Below, in pieces: positions 9,088 to 16,745 of a stretch of DNA of 42,186 nucleotides (its first letter is position 1; each line of letters begins with the position of its first letter). The notes under the pieces were generated by a model. That model searched no databases. It worked only from the letters and a program-made list of their open reading frames with translations, and had not been told where the DNA came from. A program made the position numbers and the translations under genes. The DNA comes from Phycisphaerae bacterium (GTDB taxonomy: Bacteria > Planctomycetota > Phycisphaerae > WQYP01), in NCBI GenBank assembly GCA_044344145.1, contig JBIJDM010000002.1, positions 1 through 42,186 of the forward strand, read 5' to 3'.

Positions 9088-9354
9088 ACGTTGGGACCTT
9101 TGGCTCCGGAGGTAACAATCCGAAACCGATCCGAATCAATTTAGCACACGACATCCGCGAAGCGTTATTTCCGGATAAGAACTGTCCGGCACGCTCCGAA
9201 TTCCAACTCGATCTCAGCACGCACTCAGCACGTAATCCGTGCGATATGTTAATTTCACGACTTCGTTGTCGTGTATCCTAAAGCGGCGCATTTTTTCCTG
9301 CAACTACAATGCGCGGGAAAATGTTCAAACCCGCGTTAATTTTCCGGTCCCGGC

Positions 9355-11157
9355 TCAGAAGCCGCCCGACCGTCCACCTGCGGGCGACGGCCGCAGGGGA
9401 TTTTCACGTTTGACCAACTCTTCCCGCCGGGGGTCGGCGGCATCAGCCCGCGAGGACCGGGTCACCAGTTTGCCTTCGGCGGTCTCAAACACCACCACCA
9501 CATCCTGAGGCCGGCTGGGATTGGGGCGAAGCACATCCACCACCCGGTAATTGGTCACGAAGTCAACTTTGTTGCCATTGGGGTAATTGCGGGACATGTT
9601 CAGCGTGGAGCCGACATTCACCGTCTCGGGCACCATGTACCATTGGCCTTCCATCCACTTGAACAGGCTGACCGAAACACGTTCGCGGTCCGGCTGGAAG
9701 CCGTCAATGAACACATAAGCGTCCGGCGGTACGCGGTAAGTGACTTCGGTAATGGCCCAGGGCGACGTCAGAATCGGACGCGTGCGGGCGCTGTCTTCGG
9801 TCAGTTTCCAATATTCCGGCAACTTGTAGGTGGGATTGAACACCATATAACGCATTTGATAGCGATATTCGCCATCAGGTTTGATGGTGTCGTCAAAAAT
9901 CCAAACAGGAACCGTACTTTGCGCCAGCAATTGGGGATTGGTCAATTCCATGCCCACGGGCAGGCTGCCGGGGGGTGTAGCCTTGACACTGCGCGGTGCG
10001 GGATCAATCGGGTCGATCCCGACGATCCGCGTATCACGCCCGAGTGTAGCCTTGACACTGCGCGGCGCGGGATCAATCGGGGCGGCTGCGGGACCGGTTT
10101 CGCCGTCGGGCGGGCCCATGGGGTCCTGCGGAACGTAGAGGCGATCATTGAGCAGGGGCGAAACGCTGAGAATCCGCAATTGTTCAAAATATTTTTTCTG
10201 AACCTCGCCCTGCCACTCGGTGTTCACTTTGGTCGTGAAGGCGCGGAGGTTTTCCACCTGCTTGACGGTGGCGTTGTCCTTGATCGGGGTGGCGGGCAGG
10301 GCCCAAACCTTGGTATCGTTATCGAGGGTATAGAACACGGGGCGCAACATGGGGCCAATTTGTTTGTTGGCTTCCAGCAGATATTCGCCCGCAGTGGCGC
10401 TGTCGGTGATATTGGTCAGGGGCGGGAGATTGGCCGAGGTGTTCAGCCGGGGCGTTACGGTGGCCCAGGTGCTCCAACTGCCATCGGGGAGCCGTTCCTG
10501 CCGTTGTACTTCCAGTTTGAGGATGTGCGGATTGCCGGTTAGTTCCACCGGCAGCGCTTCGTTGGGGGCAACCACCCCCACACCCAACATCTGTTCCCGC
10601 AAATTCAACACCGGCAGATCGGCAGCGACCTGCACATAGGTGATACCCTGTTTGACGGCGGTGGGCTTACCCGTGGGATCAACCGGACCGGGTGTGGCGA
10701 CCACGACGCGTCCGCCGCCGGGCAGACGCGGTTTGACCAGGGCAGGGAGTTGGGGGACAGTGAAGGTCACCGCAATCCCCACCGGCTTTTCAATGCCGGG
10801 ATTGACGCTGTATTTGGTGGGGCCGAAATCCGCCACGGTGGCCAACAGTTCGCGCGGCAGAGGAGACTCTTTGCTGGCCCGATATTTTTTCACAAAATCA
10901 GTGCGGCTGGTGGACGATGCGGCCTTGAGGGTATCCAGCTTTTTTTCAGTTTCCTTGGCGGAATTCTGTAAATCACGCAACGCGGCGCCGACTTTTTCTT
11001 CCACCTCGGCGGGGGTCAGGACCTGATTTTTGAATTCCACCACCACCGGCTGGCTGATCATACTGGTCAGCCCCAGATACGCGGCCCCGGCGACCGCAAG
11101 CCCGAATACGAGCTTCTCGGCGTGGCGTTCCAGCGGATGGACATTCTTAACCTTCAT
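9355..11157 (-). CDS. Membrane-anchored periplasmic protein of unknown function in the pilus cluster
   Basis: 600-aa ORF with GGAGA 6 nt upstream of the ATG and one N-terminal TM segment (KLVFGLAVAGAAYLGLTSMI). It is Pro-rich and carries an internal near-identical repeat IDPAPRSVKAT. Its position between the PilMN-like genes and the secretin suggests a pilus alignment role (PilP-position), but I recognise no motif. Confidence 0.7.
   Translation of the reverse strand: MKVKNVHPLERHAEKLVFGLAVAGAAYLGLTSMISQPVVVEFKNQVLTPAEVEEKVGAALRDLQNSAKETEKKLDTLKAASSTSRTDFVKKYRASKESPLPRELLATVADFGPTKYSVNPGIEKPVGIAVTFTVPQLPALVKPRLPGGGRVVVATPGPVDPTGKPTAVKQGITYVQVAADLPVLNLREQMLGVGVVAPNEALPVELTGNPHILKLEVQRQERLPDGSWSTWATVTPRLNTSANLPPLTNITDSATAGEYLLEANKQIGPMLRPVFYTLDNDTKVWALPATPIKDNATVKQVENLRAFTTKVNTEWQGEVQKKYFEQLRILSVSPLLNDRLYVPQDPMGPPDGETGPAAAPIDPAPRSVKATLGRDTRIVGIDPIDPAPRSVKATPPGSLPVGMELTNPQLLAQSTVPVWIFDDTIKPDGEYRYQMRYMVFNPTYKLPEYWKLTEDSARTRPILTSPWAITEVTYRVPPDAYVFIDGFQPDRERVSVSLFKWMEGQWYMVPETVNVGSTLNMSRNYPNGNKVDFVTNYRVVDVLRPNPSRPQDVVVVFETAEGKLVTRSSRADAADPRREELVKRENPLRPSPAGGRSGGF
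9976..10082. repeat. Two near-identical 38-bp direct repeats with 69-bp (23-codon) periodicity inside the 600-aa CDS
   Basis: 9976-10013 is tgtagccttgacactgcgcggtgcgggatcaatcgggt and 10045-10082 is tgtagccttgacactgcgcggcgcgggatcaatcgggg. There are 2 mismatches. Both copies encode IDPAPRSVKAT. Confidence 0.9.
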
Positions 11158-11212
11158 GACACGTCTCCATCAACAGCAGGCACAAAGCCTGTCGTTCATT
11201 GCCTGATCATTC

Positions 11213-12520
11213 TTAGGGTGCGGCCAATTCCTTCACACCCAGTTGCGTACGAATTCTCGCCGGCATCAGCGGTACGGTCCAGCCACGGAAGAGCAGTGCT
11301 TCCACGGTGAGGGTAACCCGGACCACCGAACCTTCGCCATAGTTGTAGCCGGTGGTCATGGCTTCCCAGGGATCCACCGTTTCAAAACCAACATTCAAGA
11401 GCGTGTAGCCATTATTCTGCCGATACAGTTCGTCCATAAAGGCATTGATCGCTTTGGGCTGTGCCACCATCACCACGGTGAAATGCACCGTATCATATTT
11501 GTCCGAGGCCACCCGACCGGTCATGGAACGGGCGGGGTCCAGCCCACCGGCCGCGTCAGCGTTGGCCACATTCACCACATCCCGGTTGACGGTCTGGAAC
11601 AGATTACTGGTTGAGTTGACACCCTCGGTGGTGGCACGGCCGATCACGATACTGTTGAGGGCTTTGATAGGACTGCTGGTAACGGCCTTGGAATCCTTGT
11701 TGATCTTGGCAATCGCGGCCACGATATCCTGCTGCAGCCAGGAGTCCACGAAGGTTTCGAACGCGGCCGCCTCCGGCCCGGCGGCTTTGAACTTATCATC
11801 GTTGGAATACCGCGTAAAGAAGCTTTTGCTATTGACGTAGCAGCGAACTTCCTTGGAAAAATCCACAATCGCCTTGCGCGCGACCTGCTGTTTAAGCTGT
11901 TCTTTGTTAAGCAGAACATTAGTCGGTCCGGTCCCTGTGCCGGTTTCGGGAACCTGCCGAGCCACTTCTTCGGCCACACGGGTTTCGATCGGTTTTAAAA
12001 GTACATCAATATTGAACTGCGGTCCCACCCCGGCCAACTGCCGGACCCAAGCCGCTATCACCTCTTGCGCCTTAACCTGAACTTTGGGAAAATCCTGACC
12101 CGAAGCACCCACAGGCAGGAAGTTTTCAAACCGTGCGCCCATAAGCATGGGTACCGGCTCTTTGTTAACAATTTCCAATTGGCCGTCTTTCAGGGCGACG
12201 CGATTCTGCATATTCAAAATGCTGGCTTCGCTGACAATGCTGTCGGCCTGTTCTTTCATGTACTTCTGGGCATCGGCCCGCAGATCAATGGCGGTCTGGC
12301 TGATGACACCCTTCAAACCTTCCGGTCCCGTGACCCCGGCTATCTCAATCGTGCTGTTGCGCAGGCCCATAATATCGGTGGCCTTCTTGATCCGGGTCTG
12401 CATACCCTCTTCCAGGCCGGAATTGAAGTAGAACTTGATCGGCCAGATCAGGGCGATCAGGGCCACCACCACCACTGCGGCACAGATGACCAAAAAAAGA
12501 TGTCGCTTCAGAACATTCAT
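11213..12520 (-). CDS. Membrane-anchored periplasmic protein of unknown function in the pilus cluster (PilO-position)
   Basis: 435-aa ORF with GGAG 5 nt upstream of the ATG and an N-terminal TM segment (LFLVICAAVVVVALIALIW). It starts 38 nt after the PilMN stop. I recognise no family motif. Confidence 0.7.
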   Translation of the reverse strand: MNVLKRHLFLVICAAVVVVALIALIWPIKFYFNSGLEEGMQTRIKKATDIMGLRNSTIEIAGVTGPEGLKGVISQTAIDLRADAQKYMKEQADSIVSEASILNMQNRVALKDGQLEIVNKEPVPMLMGARFENFLPVGASGQDFPKVQVKAQEVIAAWVRQLAGVGPQFNIDVLLKPIETRVAEEVARQVPETGTGTGPTNVLLNKEQLKQQVARKAIVDFSKEVRCYVNSKSFFTRYSNDDKFKAAGPEAAAFETFVDSWLQQDIVAAIAKINKDSKAVTSSPIKALNSIVIGRATTEGVNSTSNLFQTVNRDVVNVANADAAGGLDPARSMTGRVASDKYDTVHFTVVMVAQPKAINAFMDELYRQNNGYTLLNVGFETVDPWEAMTTGYNYGEGSVVRVTLTVEALLFRGWTVPLMPARIRTQLGVKELAAP

Positions 12521-12558
12521 AGCTGCTCCATGCCCTACCGGGCAGCAGGCCTAAATCA

Positions 12559-14532
12559 TCACTTCAACACAACCCGTAGCTTGAGCACAAAACTGTAAGC
12601 GCCGATCAAGGATTTCCGGGTGTCGGGATCTACCCGCGTATTTATCGACATAGCCGACGTGGAATTCTCCACCCCGGGAGTGGTATCGGGGTTCACCAGC
12701 AGAGGTAAATCATTGGGGCCGAAGTATAGTCTAAGACTGCCCGTCTTGGCACCCCAAAGCACCGGCACATTGGCACTGGTGGACCCACCGGTATCGCTCA
12801 CCGCGTGGGCGCCGGATTCACTGATCACCGTGCCGCTGAAGGGCTGGGTATCGAGTTCAAAACTATAACTCTCGACCGCGCCTTTTTTCGTCCCGACTTT
12901 ACGCAGCCGGTTGGCGTAATCCACCACCACCTGACGGGCCTGATCCGGGGTGTCCGTGGTGGCATAACCGACAATCTCAACATCAAAGCCTTTGGTCAGG
13001 GCCGCCGTGGCTGGCGTGCCGGACACTGGCCCGGGTCCCGCTTCCGGTCCGACCGGAGCAGCGCCCGGAGCGGACGAGCCATAGCGATACTTGGAGTCTA
13101 ATCTTTTGACAATAATTTTATCACTGCCAGCCTTGTCGGTCATCTGCGGCAGGGCCTTGTAAAAGGCCTGGAGCACAGACGGCCAAATCTCCCGTTCAGC
13201 GGCCAGATTCACGAACGAATTAACCTGGGCCAAGTCGTTCTGATAGGTGCTCTGCAAACTATTGTACTTGCTACGGAGACCCTGCATTTTGTTGTATTCG
13301 GCATCATGCTGGATACGCTGGGGGGCACTGGTTCCGCTGGTTTTATCGAATTCGCCCTGATCCATCAGGGAACGGGTGCCGACCATCCCGACCCCCACCA
13401 CCACAGCGGCAGCCGAGGCGGCGAACCACGGGCGTTTGGCCGCCCACAGGGTTTGCCGGCCTAATTCCGGCGGGACCAAGTTGGTATCAATGGCTCCGAG
13501 TTCCAAGCCTTGCAAGGCCAGACCATACGCGGCGGCCAACCCGAGACAATTTTGTTCCAAGCCGGTCTGATATTGCGGGTCGGAAACGGTTAAGCGGTTG
13601 AAATGTTCGATCTGGGTGACAGGCATCTGCAGGCCCTGCTCCAGATACTTGAGCAAATTGGGCAGTTTGACCGGGTTGCCCACGCAGATCACGCGTTCCA
13701 GATTGGCATCGCGGTGCGTGGTGCGATAGAAGCCCAGCGTGCGCTGCAGTTCCTGCACCAGATCGGCAAAGACCGGCCGCATGGCCTGGAAAATATTCTT
13801 GGCATATTTGCTGGTCGCGGCCCCCTGCTTGAGGGCTTCGGCCTTGACGAACGGATATTTGAAACTCTTGGCGAGAATATCGGTGAAGGCATTACCACCA
13901 AGATTGATCGTCCGCAGCCACAAACGGCCCCGTTCGATCACAATCAGATCGGTATGCTCGGCGCCCAAATCCAGCAGCACGGTGCCCTTGTTGTCCGGGC
14001 CGCAGAACCCGTCATACATCGCGGCGTTATAGACGCCCAAGGGCGCCATCTGGATGCCGCGAATCCGGATATCGCAGGCCAGGAAGTCGGCCATGAACTG
14101 GGCGACCTGTTCTTTCTTCATGGCGAAAATACCGACTTCCACATCCGGGCTGTCGGGTTGCTGGAATGTCTGGTAATCCCAGTTCACCTGTTCCAAGGGG
14201 AACGGGACCTGCTGGATGGCTTCGAATTTTACAATTTCGGGGACACGGTGGGGTTCGACGGGGGGCAGTTTGACGAACTTGGAGAAGGTGGTGGAACCGG
14301 GGACGCCGACCACGACCATGTCATTACGGTTGATTCCGGAGCGTTCAGCAAATTTACGCAGCGACTGACGGATCGTTTCATCACGATCCGCTTCGGGCTC
14401 AGACAAGAAGCGATCGTGGGCCACCACGTCAAAGCTTTCCAATGAAACCTGGTCGCCATCGCGACGCAGTTTCATGGCTTTGATCGAAGTCGTGCCGACG
14501 TCGATTCCCCAAGCTACCTGTGTACGTGCCAT
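12559..14532 (-). CDS. pilM: Type IV pilus assembly protein PilM (actin-like ATPase fold) fused to a TM segment and a PilN-like periplasmic region
   Basis: WGIDVGTTSIKAMKL and VLLDLGAEHTDLIVIE are actin/FtsA-like phosphate motifs typical of PilM. A TM segment (PWFAASAAAVVVGVGMVG) lies around residue 365 and is followed by ~270 aa of periplasmic sequence. GGAGG lies 4 nt upstream of the ATG. Confidence 0.85.
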   Translation of the reverse strand: MARTQVAWGIDVGTTSIKAMKLRRDGDQVSLESFDVVAHDRFLSEPEADRDETIRQSLRKFAERSGINRNDMVVVGVPGSTTFSKFVKLPPVEPHRVPEIVKFEAIQQVPFPLEQVNWDYQTFQQPDSPDVEVGIFAMKKEQVAQFMADFLACDIRIRGIQMAPLGVYNAAMYDGFCGPDNKGTVLLDLGAEHTDLIVIERGRLWLRTINLGGNAFTDILAKSFKYPFVKAEALKQGAATSKYAKNIFQAMRPVFADLVQELQRTLGFYRTTHRDANLERVICVGNPVKLPNLLKYLEQGLQMPVTQIEHFNRLTVSDPQYQTGLEQNCLGLAAAYGLALQGLELGAIDTNLVPPELGRQTLWAAKRPWFAASAAAVVVGVGMVGTRSLMDQGEFDKTSGTSAPQRIQHDAEYNKMQGLRSKYNSLQSTYQNDLAQVNSFVNLAAEREIWPSVLQAFYKALPQMTDKAGSDKIIVKRLDSKYRYGSSAPGAAPVGPEAGPGPVSGTPATAALTKGFDVEIVGYATTDTPDQARQVVVDYANRLRKVGTKKGAVESYSFELDTQPFSGTVISESGAHAVSDTGGSTSANVPVLWGAKTGSLRLYFGPNDLPLLVNPDTTPGVENSTSAMSINTRVDPDTRKSLIGAYSFVLKLRVVLK

Positions 14533-14689
14533 AAAACCTCCACAGGACCGGCATTTACGCTGTCACTGTTAAGAATGGTCAGGAACCGCCGGATCTGATC
14601 TTTTTCGCAGGTCTTGTTGCCGCACAACTCGGGCAGATTTGACAGCCCGCCGCTGGCGGCACGACCAACGGTTCCGATTCAATGCACGC

Positions 14690-14719
14690 TAATAAAACCG
14701 CCAAACGCGAAAACGTCAA
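14690..14719 (-). promoter_or_regulatory. Candidate sigma70-type promoter for the pilus operon
   Basis: On the minus strand: TTGACG (14719-14714), an 18-nt spacer, then TTATTA (14695-14690), about 155 nt upstream of the pilM ATG. This is a sequence match only. Confidence 0.25.
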
Positions 14720-14778
14720 GCGCGGGAGCCGAATCTAGTCCGATATTTTAGCTTTTTTCTGCTGGTCACGGCAGAATA

Positions 14779-15441
14779 TTATTTTACTGCCGTGGGCTTG
14801 ACAGGTGGCCCCAAGGCCGTTTCGAGCGCGGTAACGACCACCGCGTCATCGGGCTTGGTCCGTGAGCCAAACCGGGCCATCAGTTGTCCCTGCCGGTCCA
14901 CCAGAAATTTGGCAAAATTCCACTCGATATCCCCGGCCATGGCGCCGGCGGTGGCCTTTTCGGTAAGAAATTTGTAGACCGGGTGCATTTCTTTACCCTT
15001 GACGGTGATTTTTTCCATCAGTGGAAAGGTCACATCGTAATTGAGGGTGCAAAATTGCCGGATTTCCGCAGGGGTACCGGGTTCCTGGCCGAGAAAATCG
15101 TTGGCCGGGAAGCCAATAATCACCAAACCCCGGTCCTTGTACTTGAGATACAGGGCTTCCAATTGTTTGTATTGCGGGGTCAGCCCGCACTTGCTGGCGA
15201 CATTGACGATTAGCACCACCTGCCCCTTGTGCTGCTTGAGTTCGGAGGGTTTACCCTCCAAATCCCGGACGGTGAAATCCAGCACACTGGGGGCCATCTG
15301 GGTGGTTGCCGGACCGGTAGTTGGAGCGGTGGATGGGGCTTGCACCACGTTACGTCCCGCCGCATAGATTTTGGCCGCAATTAACCCTGCCAAAATTGCC
15401 CCCAGACCCAACCCGCCGTATATAACCCAATGCCGGAGCAT
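14779..15441 (-). CDS. gpx: Glutathione peroxidase family (Cys-type), N-terminally membrane-anchored or secreted
   Basis: The three GPx signature blocks are present: VNVASKCGLTPQY, GFPANDFLGQEPG and WNFAKFLVDRQG. The N-terminus is hydrophobic (WVIYGGLGLGAILAGLIAAKIY). Confidence 0.9.
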   Translation of the reverse strand: MLRHWVIYGGLGLGAILAGLIAAKIYAAGRNVVQAPSTAPTTGPATTQMAPSVLDFTVRDLEGKPSELKQHKGQVVLIVNVASKCGLTPQYKQLEALYLKYKDRGLVIIGFPANDFLGQEPGTPAEIRQFCTLNYDVTFPLMEKITVKGKEMHPVYKFLTEKATAGAMAGDIEWNFAKFLVDRQGQLMARFGSRTKPDDAVVVTALETALGPPVKPTAVK

Positions 15442-15442
15442 A

Positions 15443-15474
15443 GCTAATCCTTTCGAAAGAATTAGCCCATTATA
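15443..15474 (-). promoter_or_regulatory. 24-nt near-perfect palindrome abutting the gpx start codon, preceded by a TATAAT hexamer
   Basis: On the minus strand: TATAAT (15474-15469), gg, then GCTAATTCTTTCGAAAGGATTAGC (15466-15443), t, ATG. In the palindrome 11 of 12 positions pair, and it contains the only SD-like sequence (AAGGA). It could be an operator, an RBS-sequestering hairpin, or the 3' hairpin of the upstream operon. Confidence 0.35.
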
Positions 15475-15491
15475 GGCCGTGCGCCGAGCGG

Positions 15492-16745
15492 TTATGTAGT
15501 CAAACCCGTCAAGTGCAGTAATTGGGTAGCCACCGCCGCGGGCGCGTGCCGGGTGGCCAAGAGGGGGCGTTGGATATGCGGTGGTGCGGCCAGACTGGTT
15601 GCGATGGCCCGGGCGAGGTCGGTGGCATTACCACTGGCGAATAATTGCCCCCCATACGACTGCACCCATTCCGGCATAGCGCCCGTGTCCGGAGCCACCA
15701 CCCCCACGCCACAACTCATGGCCTCCAAGGTGGCCAAGCCCCGACATTCCGGGATTCGGCTGGGCACACAAAACACCCGGCTGTGCTGCATGAGTTTGAT
15801 CTTTTCCGACCCGCTGAGTACCCCGTGGTACACCCACGGCCAGCGCTGCTGATCGAGCTTTTTTTGCACTTCCCGCATGTAGGTTTCGTGGCCGATGCGC
15901 CCGGCGATATGCAGGGTGATTTCCGTGCCCTGATCGGCCAAAATGCTGCAGGCATCCACCAGCAAATCGAGCCCTTTGGCGGGTGTAATCGTCGAAAGAT
16001 AGCCAATGGTATTTCCCGCCGGAGCGCTCACCGGGGGTCTGAATTTGTGGGTCGGCACGGGTGGGTATAGGACCTGTATCTGCTCCGGGGGCAGTTGCAG
16101 CCGGGACTGCATCGTTTCGCGGTGCCAGTGGGAACTGGCGAGTGTGCCCGTCACCTGTTTTACGCGAGTGCGTAATAAATCCCACGCCTGCTGACGCCAG
16201 GGGTCACCCAAGGCGTCCAGAAAATGTTCCTCTCCCTGAAGTCCACAGTAAATCGGCACCCCCGGCCAGTCGGGGAGGCTATCCAGCAGCCCCAACAACA
16301 TGCTGTTGCTGATACTCACCAGCCGGGGCACGGGCAGCGTTTTGAGGAATTTGCCGAGGCGCGCGAATTCTTTGGTTTGAAATCCGGCGCGGCCTTGCAG
16401 CATGGAAACCGTCATGGCCCCCAACGAGCGCGGATCGGTGGCGCTGGACCGGCGGGATAACAACCGCAGCAAGAACGAGGCATCCAAACCGCGGGTCAGC
16501 CAGGCCGGCAGGTGGCGGAACAGAGCGCTGGATTGACTCAGATAGACATTCAGCCCGCCCATATACAATGGGGCCAGATTTTCCGGTAACGTGCCGTCGG
16601 TGACCAGCGGGGTATACAACGGAATCAAACAGACATCATAGCCATGCACCTGCAGGGCCTGGGCCAGATATACATCGCGCTGACAGGCGCCGCAATGCGA
16701 TCCACCCGCCCCAGCGGTGAACATGAGTATCAACTCACGAGTCAT
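15492..16745 (-). CDS. GT4/GT-B-type glycosyltransferase-like protein, last gene of the redox operon
   Basis: The C-terminal GT-B motif is VFCVPSRIPECRGLATLEAMSCGVGVVAPDTGAMPEWV (EX7E-like). The start is set at MTRELIL (16745), which overlaps the upstream stop by 11 nt. The track's 20-aa extension lies inside the upstream gene. Confidence 0.75.
   Translation of the reverse strand: MTRELILMFTAGAGGSHCGACQRDVYLAQALQVHGYDVCLIPLYTPLVTDGTLPENLAPLYMGGLNVYLSQSSALFRHLPAWLTRGLDASFLLRLLSRRSSATDPRSLGAMTVSMLQGRAGFQTKEFARLGKFLKTLPVPRLVSISNSMLLGLLDSLPDWPGVPIYCGLQGEEHFLDALGDPWRQQAWDLLRTRVKQVTGTLASSHWHRETMQSRLQLPPEQIQVLYPPVPTHKFRPPVSAPAGNTIGYLSTITPAKGLDLLVDACSILADQGTEITLHIAGRIGHETYMREVQKKLDQQRWPWVYHGVLSGSEKIKLMQHSRVFCVPSRIPECRGLATLEAMSCGVGVVAPDTGAMPEWVQSYGGQLFASGNATDLARAIATSLAAPPHIQRPLLATRHAPAAVATQLLHLTGLTT

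Noticed and set aside
7633-9144. 503-aa plus-strand ORF opposite the secretin N-terminal region
   Set aside because: It is antisense to the secretin CDS. It has a Gly/Leu-rich, motif-free translation and no plausible RBS context.
9253-9336. Small hairpins (CACGAC-N6-GTCGTG; CGCGGG-N12-CCCGCG) in the 267-nt spacer before the secretin gene
   Set aside because: The stems are short, there are no U-tracts, and no clear promoter hexamers are present. This is insufficient to call a terminator or a regulatory RNA.
14767-14794. 8-bp stem hairpin (CACGGCAG...CTGCCGTG) at the 3' end of gpx, considered as a terminator
   Set aside because: The stop codon lies in the 12-nt loop and no U-tract follows on the gene strand (the following sequence is accagcagaaaaaagc). 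It is not a convincing intrinsic terminator.
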